A DNA stretch of 64,000 nucleotides from an uncultured Candidatus Saccharibacteria bacterium (GCA_964599285.1 CAZREI010000001.1:34562-98561), one strand, 5' to 3'. Shown: positions 8,387 through 17,089, numbered from the stretch's first letter. Numbers and translations are program-made. Notes: generated by a model from the sequence alone, not told the origin.

Positions 8387-8605
8387 TTAGTAACCGGGAG
8401 ATCGATTTTGCTGTTGGGTCTGGCTTTGGGTTTGAGATGGGCCAGCGCTTTGCTGAATTTGCGGTTGCGGATAGCGACCACGGTAAATGAAAAAGGCGAT
8501 AATTACCAATAAAATGGCGATAATAATACCCAGTAAAAGTCCCGCGCCCATTCCATCACCCGAATTATTCTGACTTGAGGGAGGATTGTTAATTACGGTT
8601 GCCAT
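8387..8605 (-). CDS. small membrane protein with a Gln/Pro-rich tail
   Basis: 72 aa with a single TM helix 'GLLLGIIIAILLVIIAFFIY'. Confidence 0.4.
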   Translation of the reverse strand: MATVINNPPSSQNNSGDGMGAGLLLGIIIAILLVIIAFFIYRGRYPQPQIQQSAGPSQTQSQTQQQNRSPGY

Positions 8606-8676
8606 AGGTTTTTACGATATTAATTGTTAATGCGCGACCTTTAGTAACATATAAGACGAAGCTGTTGGTAAATCTT

Positions 8677-8725
8677 TTTATTATGGCCCAGCTAAGCGGG
8701 CCTACCCCGCCCAGCGGGGTGCGAC
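8677..8725 (+). repeat. family B double-hairpin element, degenerate copy
   Basis: 'tttattatggcccagctaagcgggcctaccccgcccagcggggtgcgac' shares the ACCCCGC-NNN-GCGGGGT hairpin. Confidence 0.4.
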
Positions 8726-8921
8726 TCCGCCAGGGGGATCAAGGTTCGATAAGCAGATTGGCAAACACCCAAGGAGATTGAGCAACTGAACCTCAAAAGA
8801 AATCCCTTATTGTTGCGTCGCATATTATACTACCCCGAATCGCCCAGCCAAATCTCTTCATTTCCCTTCATTGGTTGCGGTGGTTCGGGGGAAAGACAAA
8901 TGGGTCGGCTTGTTTTCATTA

Positions 8922-9092
8922 CCGTGAATCGCGAAATGGTTTCTTTGGATTTCCCCCAATTTTTGAGATAGAAATTTGATAGAATTTTTCGGCTTAGCCA
9001 ACGGCTCCGCCGAAAAATAATAGCGAATTTATAGCCAAAAATTGGGGGAAAGACAAGAAATACGTTTTCATCATCCATTTCGTAATTCACGG
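8922..9092 (+). repeat. family A element, copy 2
   Basis: TIR variant CCGTGAATCGCGAAATGG...CCATTTCGTAATTCACGG with the same core as copy 1. Confidence 0.85.
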
Positions 9093-9118
9093 TTCATTAT
9101 CATTCATTTTTTAAAATT

Positions 9119-9162
9119 TTGAATTACGATTTGAATGGCATTGTCCATTTTGTAATTCAAAG
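9119..9162. repeat. family A solo-TIR mini hairpin
   Basis: 'ttgaattacgatttgaatggcattgtccattttgtaattcaaag' has only the terminal inverted repeats. It ends 9 nt before the ATG at 9171. Confidence 0.6.
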
Positions 9163-9170
9163 CAAAACCT

Positions 9171-9593
9171 ATGGCTCAAGATTCAAATACAACCACAACT
9201 TGGATTATCGTTATCGTAGTCATTATCATTATCATCGCTTTGGGTTGGTGGTACTTTGCCCAGCAAAATGCGGCAACCACGGTTACCACAACGCCATCGC
9301 CAAGCGCGCAAGTTCAAAGTTCGGCAAAATATATTATGTCATTTAGTTTTTCTGGTTTGACGCCGGCGGTTAGCGCCACCATTGACAACACCAACTACAC
9401 GGTCACAGCAACCGTTCCCAAAGGCACTGACTTGACCAAACTGACGCCCACGATTACGGTTTCTGATAATGCCACGGTAGTCCCCGCATCGGGCACCCAG
9501 CAAGATTTTACCAATCCGGTTACCTACACTGTTACGGCCCAGGACGGATCAACCCAGCAATATACCGTTACCGTGAAGGCGGCCAGCAAATAG
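9171..9593 (+). CDS. membrane-anchored surface protein with an Ig-like beta-sandwich domain
   Basis: N-terminal TM 'WIIVIVVIIIIIALGWWYF'. C-terminal 'TVPKGTDLTKLTPTITVSDNATVVPASGTQQDFTNPVTYTVTAQDGSTQQYTVTV' is typical of bacterial surface Ig-like repeats. Confidence 0.6.
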   Translation: MAQDSNTTTTWIIVIVVIIIIIALGWWYFAQQNAATTVTTTPSPSAQVQSSAKYIMSFSFSGLTPAVSATIDNTNYTVTATVPKGTDLTKLTPTITVSDNATVVPASGTQQDFTNPVTYTVTAQDGSTQQYTVTVKAASK

Positions 9594-9608
9594 TGGGAAA
9601 ATAATCAA

Positions 9609-9643
9609 ATTAAAACCACTTAGTATGAGTGGTTTTAATTTTC
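9609..9643 (+). terminator. rho-independent terminator
   Basis: ttaaaaccact-tagtatg-agtggttttaa followed by ttttc. Confidence 0.6.
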
Positions 9644-9664
9644 GCAACGGATCATTTAAGATTT

Positions 9665-9881
9665 CCTTGAATTACGAAATGCCCGTTTAAGAAGACTCTT
9701 TTTGTCTTTTCCGAGACGGGGCGAATTGACTGCGGCCAATTGCGCCTCGCGTCTTGACCAAATTTTGGCTATAAATTCGCTACAATTTTTCGGCGGAGCC
9801 GTTGGCTAAGCCGAAAAATTCTATTGAATTTCTATCTCAAAATTTGAGAAAAATCCTAAAAAGGCATTTCGTAATTCAAGG
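9665..9881 (-). repeat. family A element, copy 3 (inverted, with a ~45-bp internal insert)
   Basis: The core is in reverse orientation ('ggctataaattcgctacaatttttcggcggagccgttggctaagccgaaaaattctattgaatttctatctc'). Extra segment 'ccgagacggggcgaattgactgcggccaattgcgcctcgcgtcttgacc'. Confidence 0.8.
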
Positions 9882-9956
9882 AAAAGTTTAAAAGATTTTA
9901 CATCAGGTGCCGTCATACTGTATGATGACGCTCGCATGATTACCTGCAAGGTTAAG

Positions 9957-10044
9957 CAGTGTCCGCATGCGCCAGCGGCAACCATATTCTTTCAGGAGAA
10001 ATTAAATATGCCTGAAAGAGTGCCGCTGTCGCATGCGGACAGTG
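9957..10044 (+). promoter_or_regulatory. 88-nt hairpin enclosing the SD and start codon of the next ORF
   Basis: 24-nt arms at 9957-9980 and 10021-10044 (2 mismatches). An inner stem ctttcagg/cctgaaag flanks AGGAG (9994-9998) and ATG 10008. Confidence 0.5.
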
Positions 10045-10322
10045 TGAGGCAATCCATTATTAAAGGAAATACTACTGCTATGATTTTGATTATTTGGTTA
10101 GAATATATCGTTGTGTTTTTCGCTGCTAATCCGGTGGGGTTTGTGATGGGCATGGCACTCTTGGTGTACGCTCAATTTCGCTTGTTGCAAAATATTTCCG
10201 AAGATAAACAGCAAAAACGCATGCGGAAAATTATCCTGCAAAATGCTCATGCCTGGGAATATAGATTGACACATCTGCATCTTAAATTTCCAAGGTTACG
10301 GTTTAAACGAAAACCAGCGTAA
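10008..10322 (+). CDS. small membrane protein
   Basis: SD AGGAG lies 9 nt upstream. Two hydrophobic helices 'MILIIWLEYIVVFFAANPVGFVMGMALLVYA'. A strong terminator follows. Confidence 0.45.
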   Translation: MPERVPLSHADSVRQSIIKGNTTAMILIIWLEYIVVFFAANPVGFVMGMALLVYAQFRLLQNISEDKQQKRMRKIILQNAHAWEYRLTHLHLKFPRLRFKRKPA

Positions 10323-10330
10323 GTTTTAGA

Positions 10331-10363
10331 AACCGGCTCGCCAAAAATGGCGAGCCGGTTTTG
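10331..10363 (+). terminator. rho-independent terminator
   Basis: aaccggctcgcc-aaaaat-ggcgagccggtt followed by tt. Confidence 0.7.
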
Positions 10364-10448
10364 CTTGCAAAAAGCTTCTAAAGTATGTGATAATGACTAT
10401 GAAAATCATCCGGATATTTGTGCGAGGCTAAGCCTACCACAAAAATGT

Positions 10449-11051
10449 ATGAACAAATTTTTGGAATTAAAAAAACTGCACCAGGAAATGGTAAAAAACG
10501 CAAACCTTCCCCTCAAAACCAATTTGGTGTTTGGCGAAGGCAACCCCGATTGCCAGGTGCTGTTTATTGGCGAAGCGCCCGGAGCTGTGGAAGACCAATT
10601 GGTGCGCCCGTTTGTCGGCCGATCCGGACAGCTGTTGCGAAAATCCATCCGCGAGCTTGACTGGAAAGAAGAAGATGTGTATATTACCAATATTGTCAAG
10701 CGCAGGCCTCCGGAAAACCGCGACCCGTTGCCCGAAGAAATCGCCGCCTACAAACCTTACTTAACGCGCCAAATTGAAATTATCAATCCCAGAATTATTA
10801 TCCCGCTTGGCCGCTTTTCCATGAATTACTTTCTGCCCGAAGCTAAAATTACCCGCGACCAAGGCCACCTGTTTGAGGTGGTAGTTAAAAGTAAATCCGG
10901 ACAAGAATTAACACTGTTTGTGGCACCGATGCTTCATCCATCAGCGGCACTAAGAGCACCAGCCATGATGAAATCGTTTCAAGAAAGTTTCAAAAAACTC
11001 CCAGCGATGCTTAAGAAAGTGGAAGAAATGAAAGCTAAGGTGAAGCCTTAG
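10449..11051 (+). CDS. uracil-DNA glycosylase, family 4
   Basis: 'GEGNPDCQVLFIGEAPGAVEDQLVRPFVGRSGQLL' and 'HPSAALR'. The start was moved past the terminator to ATG 10449. Confidence 0.85.
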   Translation: MNKFLELKKLHQEMVKNANLPLKTNLVFGEGNPDCQVLFIGEAPGAVEDQLVRPFVGRSGQLLRKSIRELDWKEEDVYITNIVKRRPPENRDPLPEEIAAYKPYLTRQIEIINPRIIIPLGRFSMNYFLPEAKITRDQGHLFEVVVKSKSGQELTLFVAPMLHPSAALRAPAMMKSFQESFKKLPAMLKKVEEMKAKVKP

Positions 11052-11168
11052 CAAATCCCAAATTACAAATTACAAATCACAAACAACACCTAAATCACAA
11101 ATTAAAAACGTTTAGAATTTCAGTCATTAGGATTTATTTGTAATTTGGTGCTTGTAATTTGTAATTTC
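11052..11168. repeat. family E long hairpin (ACAAATTACAAAT arms), copy 1
   Basis: Arms 'aaattacaaattacaaatcacaaac' and 'gtaatttggtgcttgtaatttgtaattt'. It ends 8 nt before tRNA-Ala. Confidence 0.7.
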
Positions 11169-11176
11169 AAAGCATT

Positions 11177-11249
11177 GGGCCCATAGCTCATTCGGTAGAG
11201 CGCGCGCATGGCATGCGCGAGGTGACGAGTTCGAATCTCGTTGGGTCCA
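11177..11249 (+). tRNA. tRNA-Ala (anticodon GGC)
   Basis: Manual cloverleaf: acceptor GGGCCCA/TGGGTCC with G3:U70, D arm GCTC..GAGC, anticodon loop ATGGCAT, T arm ACGAG-TTCGAAT-CTCGT, discriminator A. No encoded CCA. Confidence 0.9.
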
Positions 11250-11252
11250 CAA

Positions 11253-11310
11253 CTTATTGTGCGACCCCGCTTAGCGGGGTCAAGGGTCCGCTGGGCGGAC
11301 CGACAAAATC
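11253..11310 (+). repeat. family B double-hairpin element
   Basis: 'cttattgtgcgaccccgcttagcggggtcaagggtccgctgggcggaccgacaaaatc'. Confidence 0.85.
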
Positions 11311-11396
11311 AGGGGTTTAACCTCTTTTTTTGTTTGCGTTTTGGACGGCTGGTGCTATATTAAAATCATTCACTGGGATTCATCGTCATTATTAGC

Positions 11397-12284
11397 ATGA
11401 GGTTGCAATACAAATTATTTTTATTTGGGCTATCGGTGGCGCTGGTTTTTTTCGCTCGGTTTTCAATTGCGGATGCTTTGCCGGCGCCTGGTGTAGTTAT
11501 TTCTTCTGATCATCTTGCGCAAGCTGACACGCTTTTGGTGGCCGTAAAAAATGAAACTGTAAAACCAGCGGGAACTTTGGGCAACGTAAAGCTACGATTT
11601 TTTCAAAGTCAAAATCAACAGGATTGGATTGCTTTAGTGGGCATGCCTGTTAGCAAAAAACCTGGTGATTATTTGCTCACCGTTACGGTCGCCGGCAAGG
11701 CGCCGTTTCAAAAAACCATTACCGTGGCGGCGCGGGAATTTCCGGTTACCGAATTGGTGTTAACGCCCCAGCTTTTACAAGAAGGCTACACGGCCAAAAA
11801 AATTATCAAAAATATCACCACCAAAGAAAATGTGCGTTTGGAAAAAGTGCTAAGCGTTATCCATAAAAAATCTTATATTGCAAAACCTTTTATTGACCCG
11901 CTCAAAGAAATTAAAATCGTGGGACCGTTTGGCGATATCCGGGCAACTAAAAAATATAAAATCCAGCACTTGGGGGTTGATTTGGCGGCACCCATCGGCA
12001 CGCCGGTGCTGGCGGTCAACGATGGCAAAGTGGTGTTTGAAAAAAGTTTGCCTGATTATGGCAACACACTGGTCATAGATCACGGCCTGGGATTATATTC
12101 GCTATATCTGCACCTTAAAACCTTCAACGTAAAAACGGGGGCCGCGGTAAAGCAAGGGGACACGGTGGCGCTATCGGGAAACACCGGGTACGTGACCGGC
12201 CCGCACTTGCATTTTTCTATCAAGATGCGCGGAGCTGCATTAGATCCACTAAAATTCATCCAAACCACGCAAACCACTTGGTAG
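11397..12284 (+). CDS. M23/LytM-family peptidoglycan endopeptidase
   Basis: Signal peptide, then 'HLGVDLAAPIGTPVLAVNDGKVV', 'GNTLVIDHG' and 'GNTGYVTGPHLHFSI'. Confidence 0.85.
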   Translation: MRLQYKLFLFGLSVALVFFARFSIADALPAPGVVISSDHLAQADTLLVAVKNETVKPAGTLGNVKLRFFQSQNQQDWIALVGMPVSKKPGDYLLTVTVAGKAPFQKTITVAAREFPVTELVLTPQLLQEGYTAKKIIKNITTKENVRLEKVLSVIHKKSYIAKPFIDPLKEIKIVGPFGDIRATKKYKIQHLGVDLAAPIGTPVLAVNDGKVVFEKSLPDYGNTLVIDHGLGLYSLYLHLKTFNVKTGAAVKQGDTVALSGNTGYVTGPHLHFSIKMRGAALDPLKFIQTTQTTW

Positions 12285-12286
12285 AT

Positions 12287-12343
12287 TTATTATGCGACCC
12301 CGCTTAGCGGGGTCAGGGGTCCGCTTAGCGGACCGACAATTTG
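12287..12343 (+). repeat. family B double-hairpin element
   Basis: 'tttattatgcgaccccgcttagcggggtcaggggtccgcttagcggaccgacaatttg'. Confidence 0.85.
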
Positions 12344-12447
12344 TTGACAATAGAGTAGTTTAATGATAGTATAAAACCGTAGCCCGGCGAAGAATTTTTC
12401 TTCGTTTTTGACAACCTAATCCCTTTGAAGTTTGAAGGAGGAATGCG

Positions 12448-13188
12448 ATGGTTCCCATTGTGGTTATGTTTCCTGATCACCAGGGCAAAGACGCTTTAGA
12501 TGGAGAATTTGTAACTCGGATAAAAAACACCCTGCCCAAAGCCGTCATCGTCCCGATTCTCAATGGCCTTCCATTAGCAGAGTTAGCTACCATTGCTGGC
12601 AAGGTTTCTGGATCCTGCGAGCCAGTGGTCGCGGCCGATGCTAGGGGACTGCTCGACACTTTAATTGCTGGCTATGTCAGGGTATTGGGTCAATATCCTT
12701 TGGCAACGGTCGTCCGTCTTGATACGGCGGAACATCCCGTTACGGATATTCCCAGGTTGATCGAAGTGGCCATAAACATCAATGGAATGGCAATCGGCGA
12801 TCTTGAATTCGAGCCAGGAACGCTAAGGAGTGATTCCATTGATGAATTTGCCCACCTTGATCTTTTTCCGGAACTCTATCGCCAAACCACCCGCGGCAAG
12901 CTTTCCATTTCCTGCGCGCATGGGTACCAAGCGTTTGCTCCGGGCGTATTGCGGGCAGTCCTTACAGCCGCTCAATGCATCGTCCACCGCGTCCAACAAG
13001 AGTTGGGGCCGATAAGCTGGGGGTTTGACGGGGCAATGGCACTGGGAGCAGTTGGCATTGGAACACCCGTTACCGTTGAAAAAGTTGAAGCTCAAGTACT
13101 GCGCGATCGCCCTCGCGCAAAGGTGGCCAGCCAATTTGCCGGAGCTTTGCGGATGTGCCTGGCCGCCGGCCAGCTATTTCAGTACTAG
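12448..13188 (+). CDS. orphan hypothetical protein, visibly more GC-rich than its neighbours
   Basis: Strong SD 'gaaggagg' upstream of the ATG, a 246-aa Ala/Gly/Leu-rich product, and its own terminator. No motif recognised. Confidence 0.55.
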   Translation: MVPIVVMFPDHQGKDALDGEFVTRIKNTLPKAVIVPILNGLPLAELATIAGKVSGSCEPVVAADARGLLDTLIAGYVRVLGQYPLATVVRLDTAEHPVTDIPRLIEVAININGMAIGDLEFEPGTLRSDSIDEFAHLDLFPELYRQTTRGKLSISCAHGYQAFAPGVLRAVLTAAQCIVHRVQQELGPISWGFDGAMALGAVGIGTPVTVEKVEAQVLRDRPRAKVASQFAGALRMCLAAGQLFQY

Positions 13189-13193
13189 TCCAT

Positions 13194-13245
13194 AGCGTTT
13201 TGCGGGATTCGTGAAAACGAAATTACCCGCAAAACGCTTTTTTAT
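13194..13245 (+). terminator. rho-independent terminator
   Basis: 13-bp stem agcgttttgcggg...cccgcaaaacgct followed by ttttttatttt. Confidence 0.7.
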
Positions 13246-13272
13246 TTTATAAAAATATCGTACAATGGAAAA

Positions 13273-13884
13273 ATGAAACATACGTTAACATCAAACGAAA
13301 TAGTTTTTGGGCTTGCATTTGATATTGAGAAAGATAAAGACCGTAAGAGCAAGTATCGGCCGGCAAAAAGAGATTTAAATTCAAATAAAGAAGTATTTGC
13401 TGACGTTAGGCTTGAAGCATTTGCCAATGTAATACGACTTAACATTACGAATAAATTAATTGTCGTGGGAGGAAATGAGCAAAAATATAGTAAAGAAACA
13501 CCACTCATTAATCGGGGGTGGGCCGTTTGCGAGATGCTTATTCATGATTTTGGCGTTAACCCAAAACAAGTGGGGTATTTAGAGTCCAAAGGAAATACTG
13601 CCGGTAATATTATGGCCATTAAAAAGTACGTTAAGAAAAATAAGATAGGCAAATATTTTATCGTCAGTAATTTTTACCATTTACCAAGAATTAGCGCGGA
13701 GTTAATCTTAAGAAAAAACCCTGCCATTACTTTGCCAGCAGAAGCATTCTGGTTATTAGACCATAATAATTCTACAAAAAAACTGGCAACTCTTTTGGGT
13801 AATGGGCCGTTGGCACAAAGGATTGTTAAAGAGTCCCAGGGTATTATGCAAAAAATTTCCAGAACTAATAAAAAACTACTGTAA
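13273..13884 (+). CDS. DUF218/YdcF-like protein
   Basis: 'IVSNFYHLPRISAELILR' resembles the DUF218 'SxxYHxxRA' region. Assignment is from memory. Confidence 0.5.
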   Translation: MKHTLTSNEIVFGLAFDIEKDKDRKSKYRPAKRDLNSNKEVFADVRLEAFANVIRLNITNKLIVVGGNEQKYSKETPLINRGWAVCEMLIHDFGVNPKQVGYLESKGNTAGNIMAIKKYVKKNKIGKYFIVSNFYHLPRISAELILRKNPAITLPAEAFWLLDHNNSTKKLATLLGNGPLAQRIVKESQGIMQKISRTNKKLL

Positions 13885-13895
13885 TCATTCGTTTC

Positions 13896-13942
13896 AAAAA
13901 AATACCATAATTTCCGCACCTGCGAAAATGATGGTATTTTTT
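13896..13942. terminator. bidirectional terminator between convergent genes
   Basis: aaaaaaataccat...atggtatttttt. Confidence 0.55.
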
Positions 13943-13957
13943 CAGATTTTTTTTGGG

Positions 13958-14590
13958 TTATTTTGCCAAATCCGTAAAAATTACAAGACGTTGCGTGTAG
14001 GTTTTTTGGGTGGCAATCCAATCTCCGTTGCAAGTAATCAAATTCAGATGCACGCCGTTTTTGTTGCTAAACACTTCCGAAGCGCGGTCGTTTGGGTTGT
14101 AGATTTTGCTGCCGGTGACCACAAAAGAAAATCGCTTGCCTTTATCGTCCTTGACGTAAACAACGTCGCCTTTTTTAAGCTGACTAAGGTTGTCAAACAC
14201 TGAATGCGCCCCGCTTTTCCATGGGCCAAAGTGTCCGGTCAGGATGGCGCTGCCTTGCGAGCCGGGCCGCGGACCGAGTTTAAACCAAGCCACTTGGTAA
14301 GGCCCTTTTGGCACGCCAATAGACCCGTCAGCTGCTAATCCAACGCTGATAACTTGCGCGTCCACCTTGATACTCGGAATACTCAAATGCACGGGCAGGC
14401 CGGGGCCAGTTTGGGTGCTTACGGCACTGGCTTGGAAATTTTGGCTGGCTGCTTGGGTTGGCGACTGGGACGCTCCAGGAATAATTTGCGTTGGTAAATT
14501 CTGGCCAGAAAATCCATAAAAAACTGCCAGCGCAATCAGCGCCAATCCGCCAAGAATGATGGATATGTTTTTTACGATTTTTGTAGCCAT
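13958..14590 (-). CDS. sortase-family transpeptidase
   Basis: N-terminal TM anchor, 'AILTGH' (His) and 'LNLITCNG' (TLxTC-type Cys). The start was moved to ATG 14590 because the upstream ATG lies inside a repeat. Confidence 0.8.
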   Translation of the reverse strand: MATKIVKNISIILGGLALIALAVFYGFSGQNLPTQIIPGASQSPTQAASQNFQASAVSTQTGPGLPVHLSIPSIKVDAQVISVGLAADGSIGVPKGPYQVAWFKLGPRPGSQGSAILTGHFGPWKSGAHSVFDNLSQLKKGDVVYVKDDKGKRFSFVVTGSKIYNPNDRASEVFSNKNGVHLNLITCNGDWIATQKTYTQRLVIFTDLAK

Positions 14591-14605
14591 AATATAAAAG
14601 CTTCT

Positions 14606-14677
14606 CGTCATTGCGAGGCGCGCCGAAGCAATCTTTTTGACAATGCCTGGATTGCCGCACTGCGGTTCGCAATGACG
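14606..14677. repeat. family C (GTCATTGCGAG...GCAATC) inverted pair
   Basis: 'cgtcattgcgaggcgcgccgaagcaatc' and 'gattgccgcactgcggttcgcaatgacg'. Confidence 0.8.
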
Positions 14678-14735
14678 AAAAGAAGAAATCTCCTCAACTA
14701 AGAGCCGAGCGACTTGCCCGGCTCTTAGTATCTGG

Positions 14736-15809
14736 CTATTTTGCTATCCATGCGCGTCGTGCTCCAACTGCAACCAGGAACAATCCCAACACTGACAAGC
14801 CGGCTAAGGCTGCTGCGTTCCATCCTGAAGGCTGGTCAGCGGGGCCAAATCCGGTGTTAGGCAAAACGGGAGTAACCGATGTGGGCGATACGGTAAACAG
14901 CACATCGTTGGACATTCCTCCTGGAGCGGGATTGGTTACCGATACCACGTACAATCCCGTAGTTCCAAGATCAGAAGCCGGAATCAATGCCGTCAGCCGA
15001 TTGGAAGACACAAAGCCAGTGGTACGGTTCAATCCATTGAAAGATACCTGGGAATTTGGGGTAAAGTTGCCGCCAAGGACGGTCAGGGTGAAAGCACCAC
15101 TGCCAACTACCGCTGACGATGGCAAAATGCTGGAGATAACCGGAGTGAGGTTTGGATTTGGGGTAGGGGTAGGAGTGTTGCCCGTAACAATAAAAGCCAA
15201 TGCATTAGAGGTTGCTGCTCCCGGATTGGTTACGGTAACGTTGAAGCTGCCGGAATTTACCAGGTCTACCGCGTTAATCGGAACGGTCAGTTGGTTGCTG
15301 GAAATGTAGGCCGTGGATCGAGCTAATCCGTTGACGTTCACCAAAGCTCCGGAAACAAAGCCTGAACCATTGACGGTAAGCGTGAATCCCGAACTTCCCA
15401 TAGCCGCCGATGAGGGTGACAAAGAACTGATGCTGGCTACCCCGTTTATATTGCCCACGGTAAACGTTACGCTGTTGGACGTTCCGCCGCCAGGACCCGG
15501 ATTGGTTACGTTAACGCTGAAACTTCCCGTGTTGCTGGTGTCGGAAGCAAAAACTGAGGCATCTACCTGGTTGGAAGAAATATAAGTAGTTGGCCGGCTG
15601 GATCCATTAAAGTTTACCATGGCTCCCGGCACAAAGTTACTGCCGTGGACAATCAGGGTAAAACCTGCCGTGCCCGCTGCCACCGATGACGGAACCACGT
15701 TGTTGACAAAAGGAACGGGGTTATCAGCCAGGGCCGCGAAAGGGATCATGGCCGCTAGTGCCAAACCCGTTGCTAAAACTGCGATAGATCGGATATTTTT
15801 AGTGTTCAT
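14736..15809 (-). CDS. LPXTG-anchored surface protein with three IPT/TIG-like repeats
   Basis: Signal peptide and three ~95-aa repeats ('P.ISS..PSS...G..GFTL.V.G..F..G..V.FNG..R.T..SSN'). C-terminal 'LPNTG' plus hydrophobic helix plus 'RRAWIAK'. Confidence 0.85.
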   Translation of the reverse strand: MNTKNIRSIAVLATGLALAAMIPFAALADNPVPFVNNVVPSSVAAGTAGFTLIVHGSNFVPGAMVNFNGSSRPTTYISSNQVDASVFASDTSNTGSFSVNVTNPGPGGGTSNSVTFTVGNINGVASISSLSPSSAAMGSSGFTLTVNGSGFVSGALVNVNGLARSTAYISSNQLTVPINAVDLVNSGSFNVTVTNPGAATSNALAFIVTGNTPTPTPNPNLTPVISSILPSSAVVGSGAFTLTVLGGNFTPNSQVSFNGLNRTTGFVSSNRLTALIPASDLGTTGLYVVSVTNPAPGGMSNDVLFTVSPTSVTPVLPNTGFGPADQPSGWNAAALAGLSVLGLFLVAVGARRAWIAK

Positions 15810-15902
15810 AGGTTTTTTATTTAATGTGATTATATTGGATTATATTGGGTTCGACCTTTATACTTAACCAGACGTTGGAGAGCGTAAAATCTTTGTTATT
15901 TC

Positions 15903-15930
15903 AGTCGTCGGCCGCGCGCGGCCGACGACT
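15903..15930. repeat. perfect 28-nt GC-rich palindrome
   Basis: agtcgtcggccgcg|cgcggccgacgact, in a divergent intergenic region. Confidence 0.8.
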
Positions 15931-16020
15931 CTGAAAAACTAGCTCAAACCCCTTGAAAAAATCTATAATTGTGCCATAATACCTTTGAATTAATAGCAAG
16001 TAACAATTTACATTAAACCT

Positions 16021-16896
16021 ATGAAAACCATACCATTATTTGCTTTCGCGGGAATTATTGCGCTATTTTTCGTTGCCAGTTTTTTGCCGGTCCAGCCTGC
16101 AAAAGCCATTACCTGCTACTCGCACGCCTCGCGCCAATGCATCAGTAATATTTCTTACTGGTATAACTCCTGTGGCGTCCTGGAAGACTTGGCCCAAAAC
16201 TGTAATGCCACCGGCCAGGTCTGTCAAAGCGGCCAATGCGTCAGTAAAAACCCCGTAACGACAATAACCCCAAGACCAACCCCGCAAAGCTCGCCGGTTT
16301 TGGTGCAAGCTCAGAATTCTCAAACCGCCAGCGCGACCATTGCTGTTTTTGGAAAAAATCACACCGACAGCGCGCAATGGACCAAAAATGTTTCCGCGGC
16401 GACTGGCAGCACCATTGACGTTTTGATTGTTGTCAAAAATAAATCCGAAACTCCCATCACCGATGCCTCGGTAAAAACATATTTGACCAGCCCGATTTTT
16501 ACCATCAGCGACTTACAAATTAACAACGCAACGGCTCCTTCCAACGATATTTCCCAAATTAACCTTGGTACGCTGGCAGCCAAAACAGCGCAAATTATTT
16601 CTTTTAGCGCGACGGTGCAATCACCCAGTGTCCAACCCCAAGCAAACGGCGCGACCGGAACCCAAATTATTGCCAACGTTACTTCGGGCACGGCCACGTA
16701 CGATTCGGATTACCTGGTAGTTTCTACCAACGCCGGCAATGGCGCATTAGCATCGGCTACTCCCACTGCCAGCCCAAGTTCAAAATTGGGATCCGGTTTT
16801 TTTAGCTTTAACAATAACTGGTTTATTTGGTTTTTGATCGTCCTGGTGCTGGTAGTAATCTTTATCATTTTGTTCAGGCGATTCTCCCGCGAATAA
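16021..16896 (+). CDS. secreted/anchored protein with a Cys-rich 'YWYNSCG' module and a DUF11-like domain
   Basis: Signal peptide. 'CYSHASRQCISNISYWYNSCGVLEDLAQNCNATGQVCQSGQCV'. C-terminal TM 'WFIWFLIVLVLVVIFIILFRRFSRE'. Confidence 0.7.
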   Translation: MKTIPLFAFAGIIALFFVASFLPVQPAKAITCYSHASRQCISNISYWYNSCGVLEDLAQNCNATGQVCQSGQCVSKNPVTTITPRPTPQSSPVLVQAQNSQTASATIAVFGKNHTDSAQWTKNVSAATGSTIDVLIVVKNKSETPITDASVKTYLTSPIFTISDLQINNATAPSNDISQINLGTLAAKTAQIISFSATVQSPSVQPQANGATGTQIIANVTSGTATYDSDYLVVSTNAGNGALASATPTASPSSKLGSGFFSFNNNWFIWFLIVLVLVVIFIILFRRFSRE

Positions 16897-16903
16897 CTTT
16901 TGT

Positions 16904-17079
16904 AACCGTGAATCACGAAATGGACAATAAGAAACATATTTCTTGTCTTTCCCCCAATTTTTGGCTATAAATTCGCTATAATTTTTCGGCGGACCCTTTG
17001 GGTAAGCCGAAAAATTCTATCAAATTTCTATCTCAAAAATTGGGGAAAATCCAAAGAAACCATTTCGTGATTCACGGTT
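16904..17079 (-). repeat. family A element, copy 4
   Basis: TIRs are CCGTGAATCACGAAATGG...CCATTTCGTGATTCACGG with the core in reverse orientation. It ends 10 nt before the ATG at 17090. Confidence 0.85.
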
Positions 17080-17089
17080 ATGCTTTGTC

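Noticed and set aside
14698-14729. Hairpin taagagccg...cggctctta as an intrinsic terminator between the LPNTG gene and the sortase gene
   Set aside because: No U-run follows it on the minus strand. It may be an RNA-processing or stabilising hairpin, but support for a terminator is weak.
14854-15867. Three plus-strand ORFs (151, 90 and 82 aa)
   Set aside because: They are antisense frames of the GC- and repeat-rich LPNTG protein gene.
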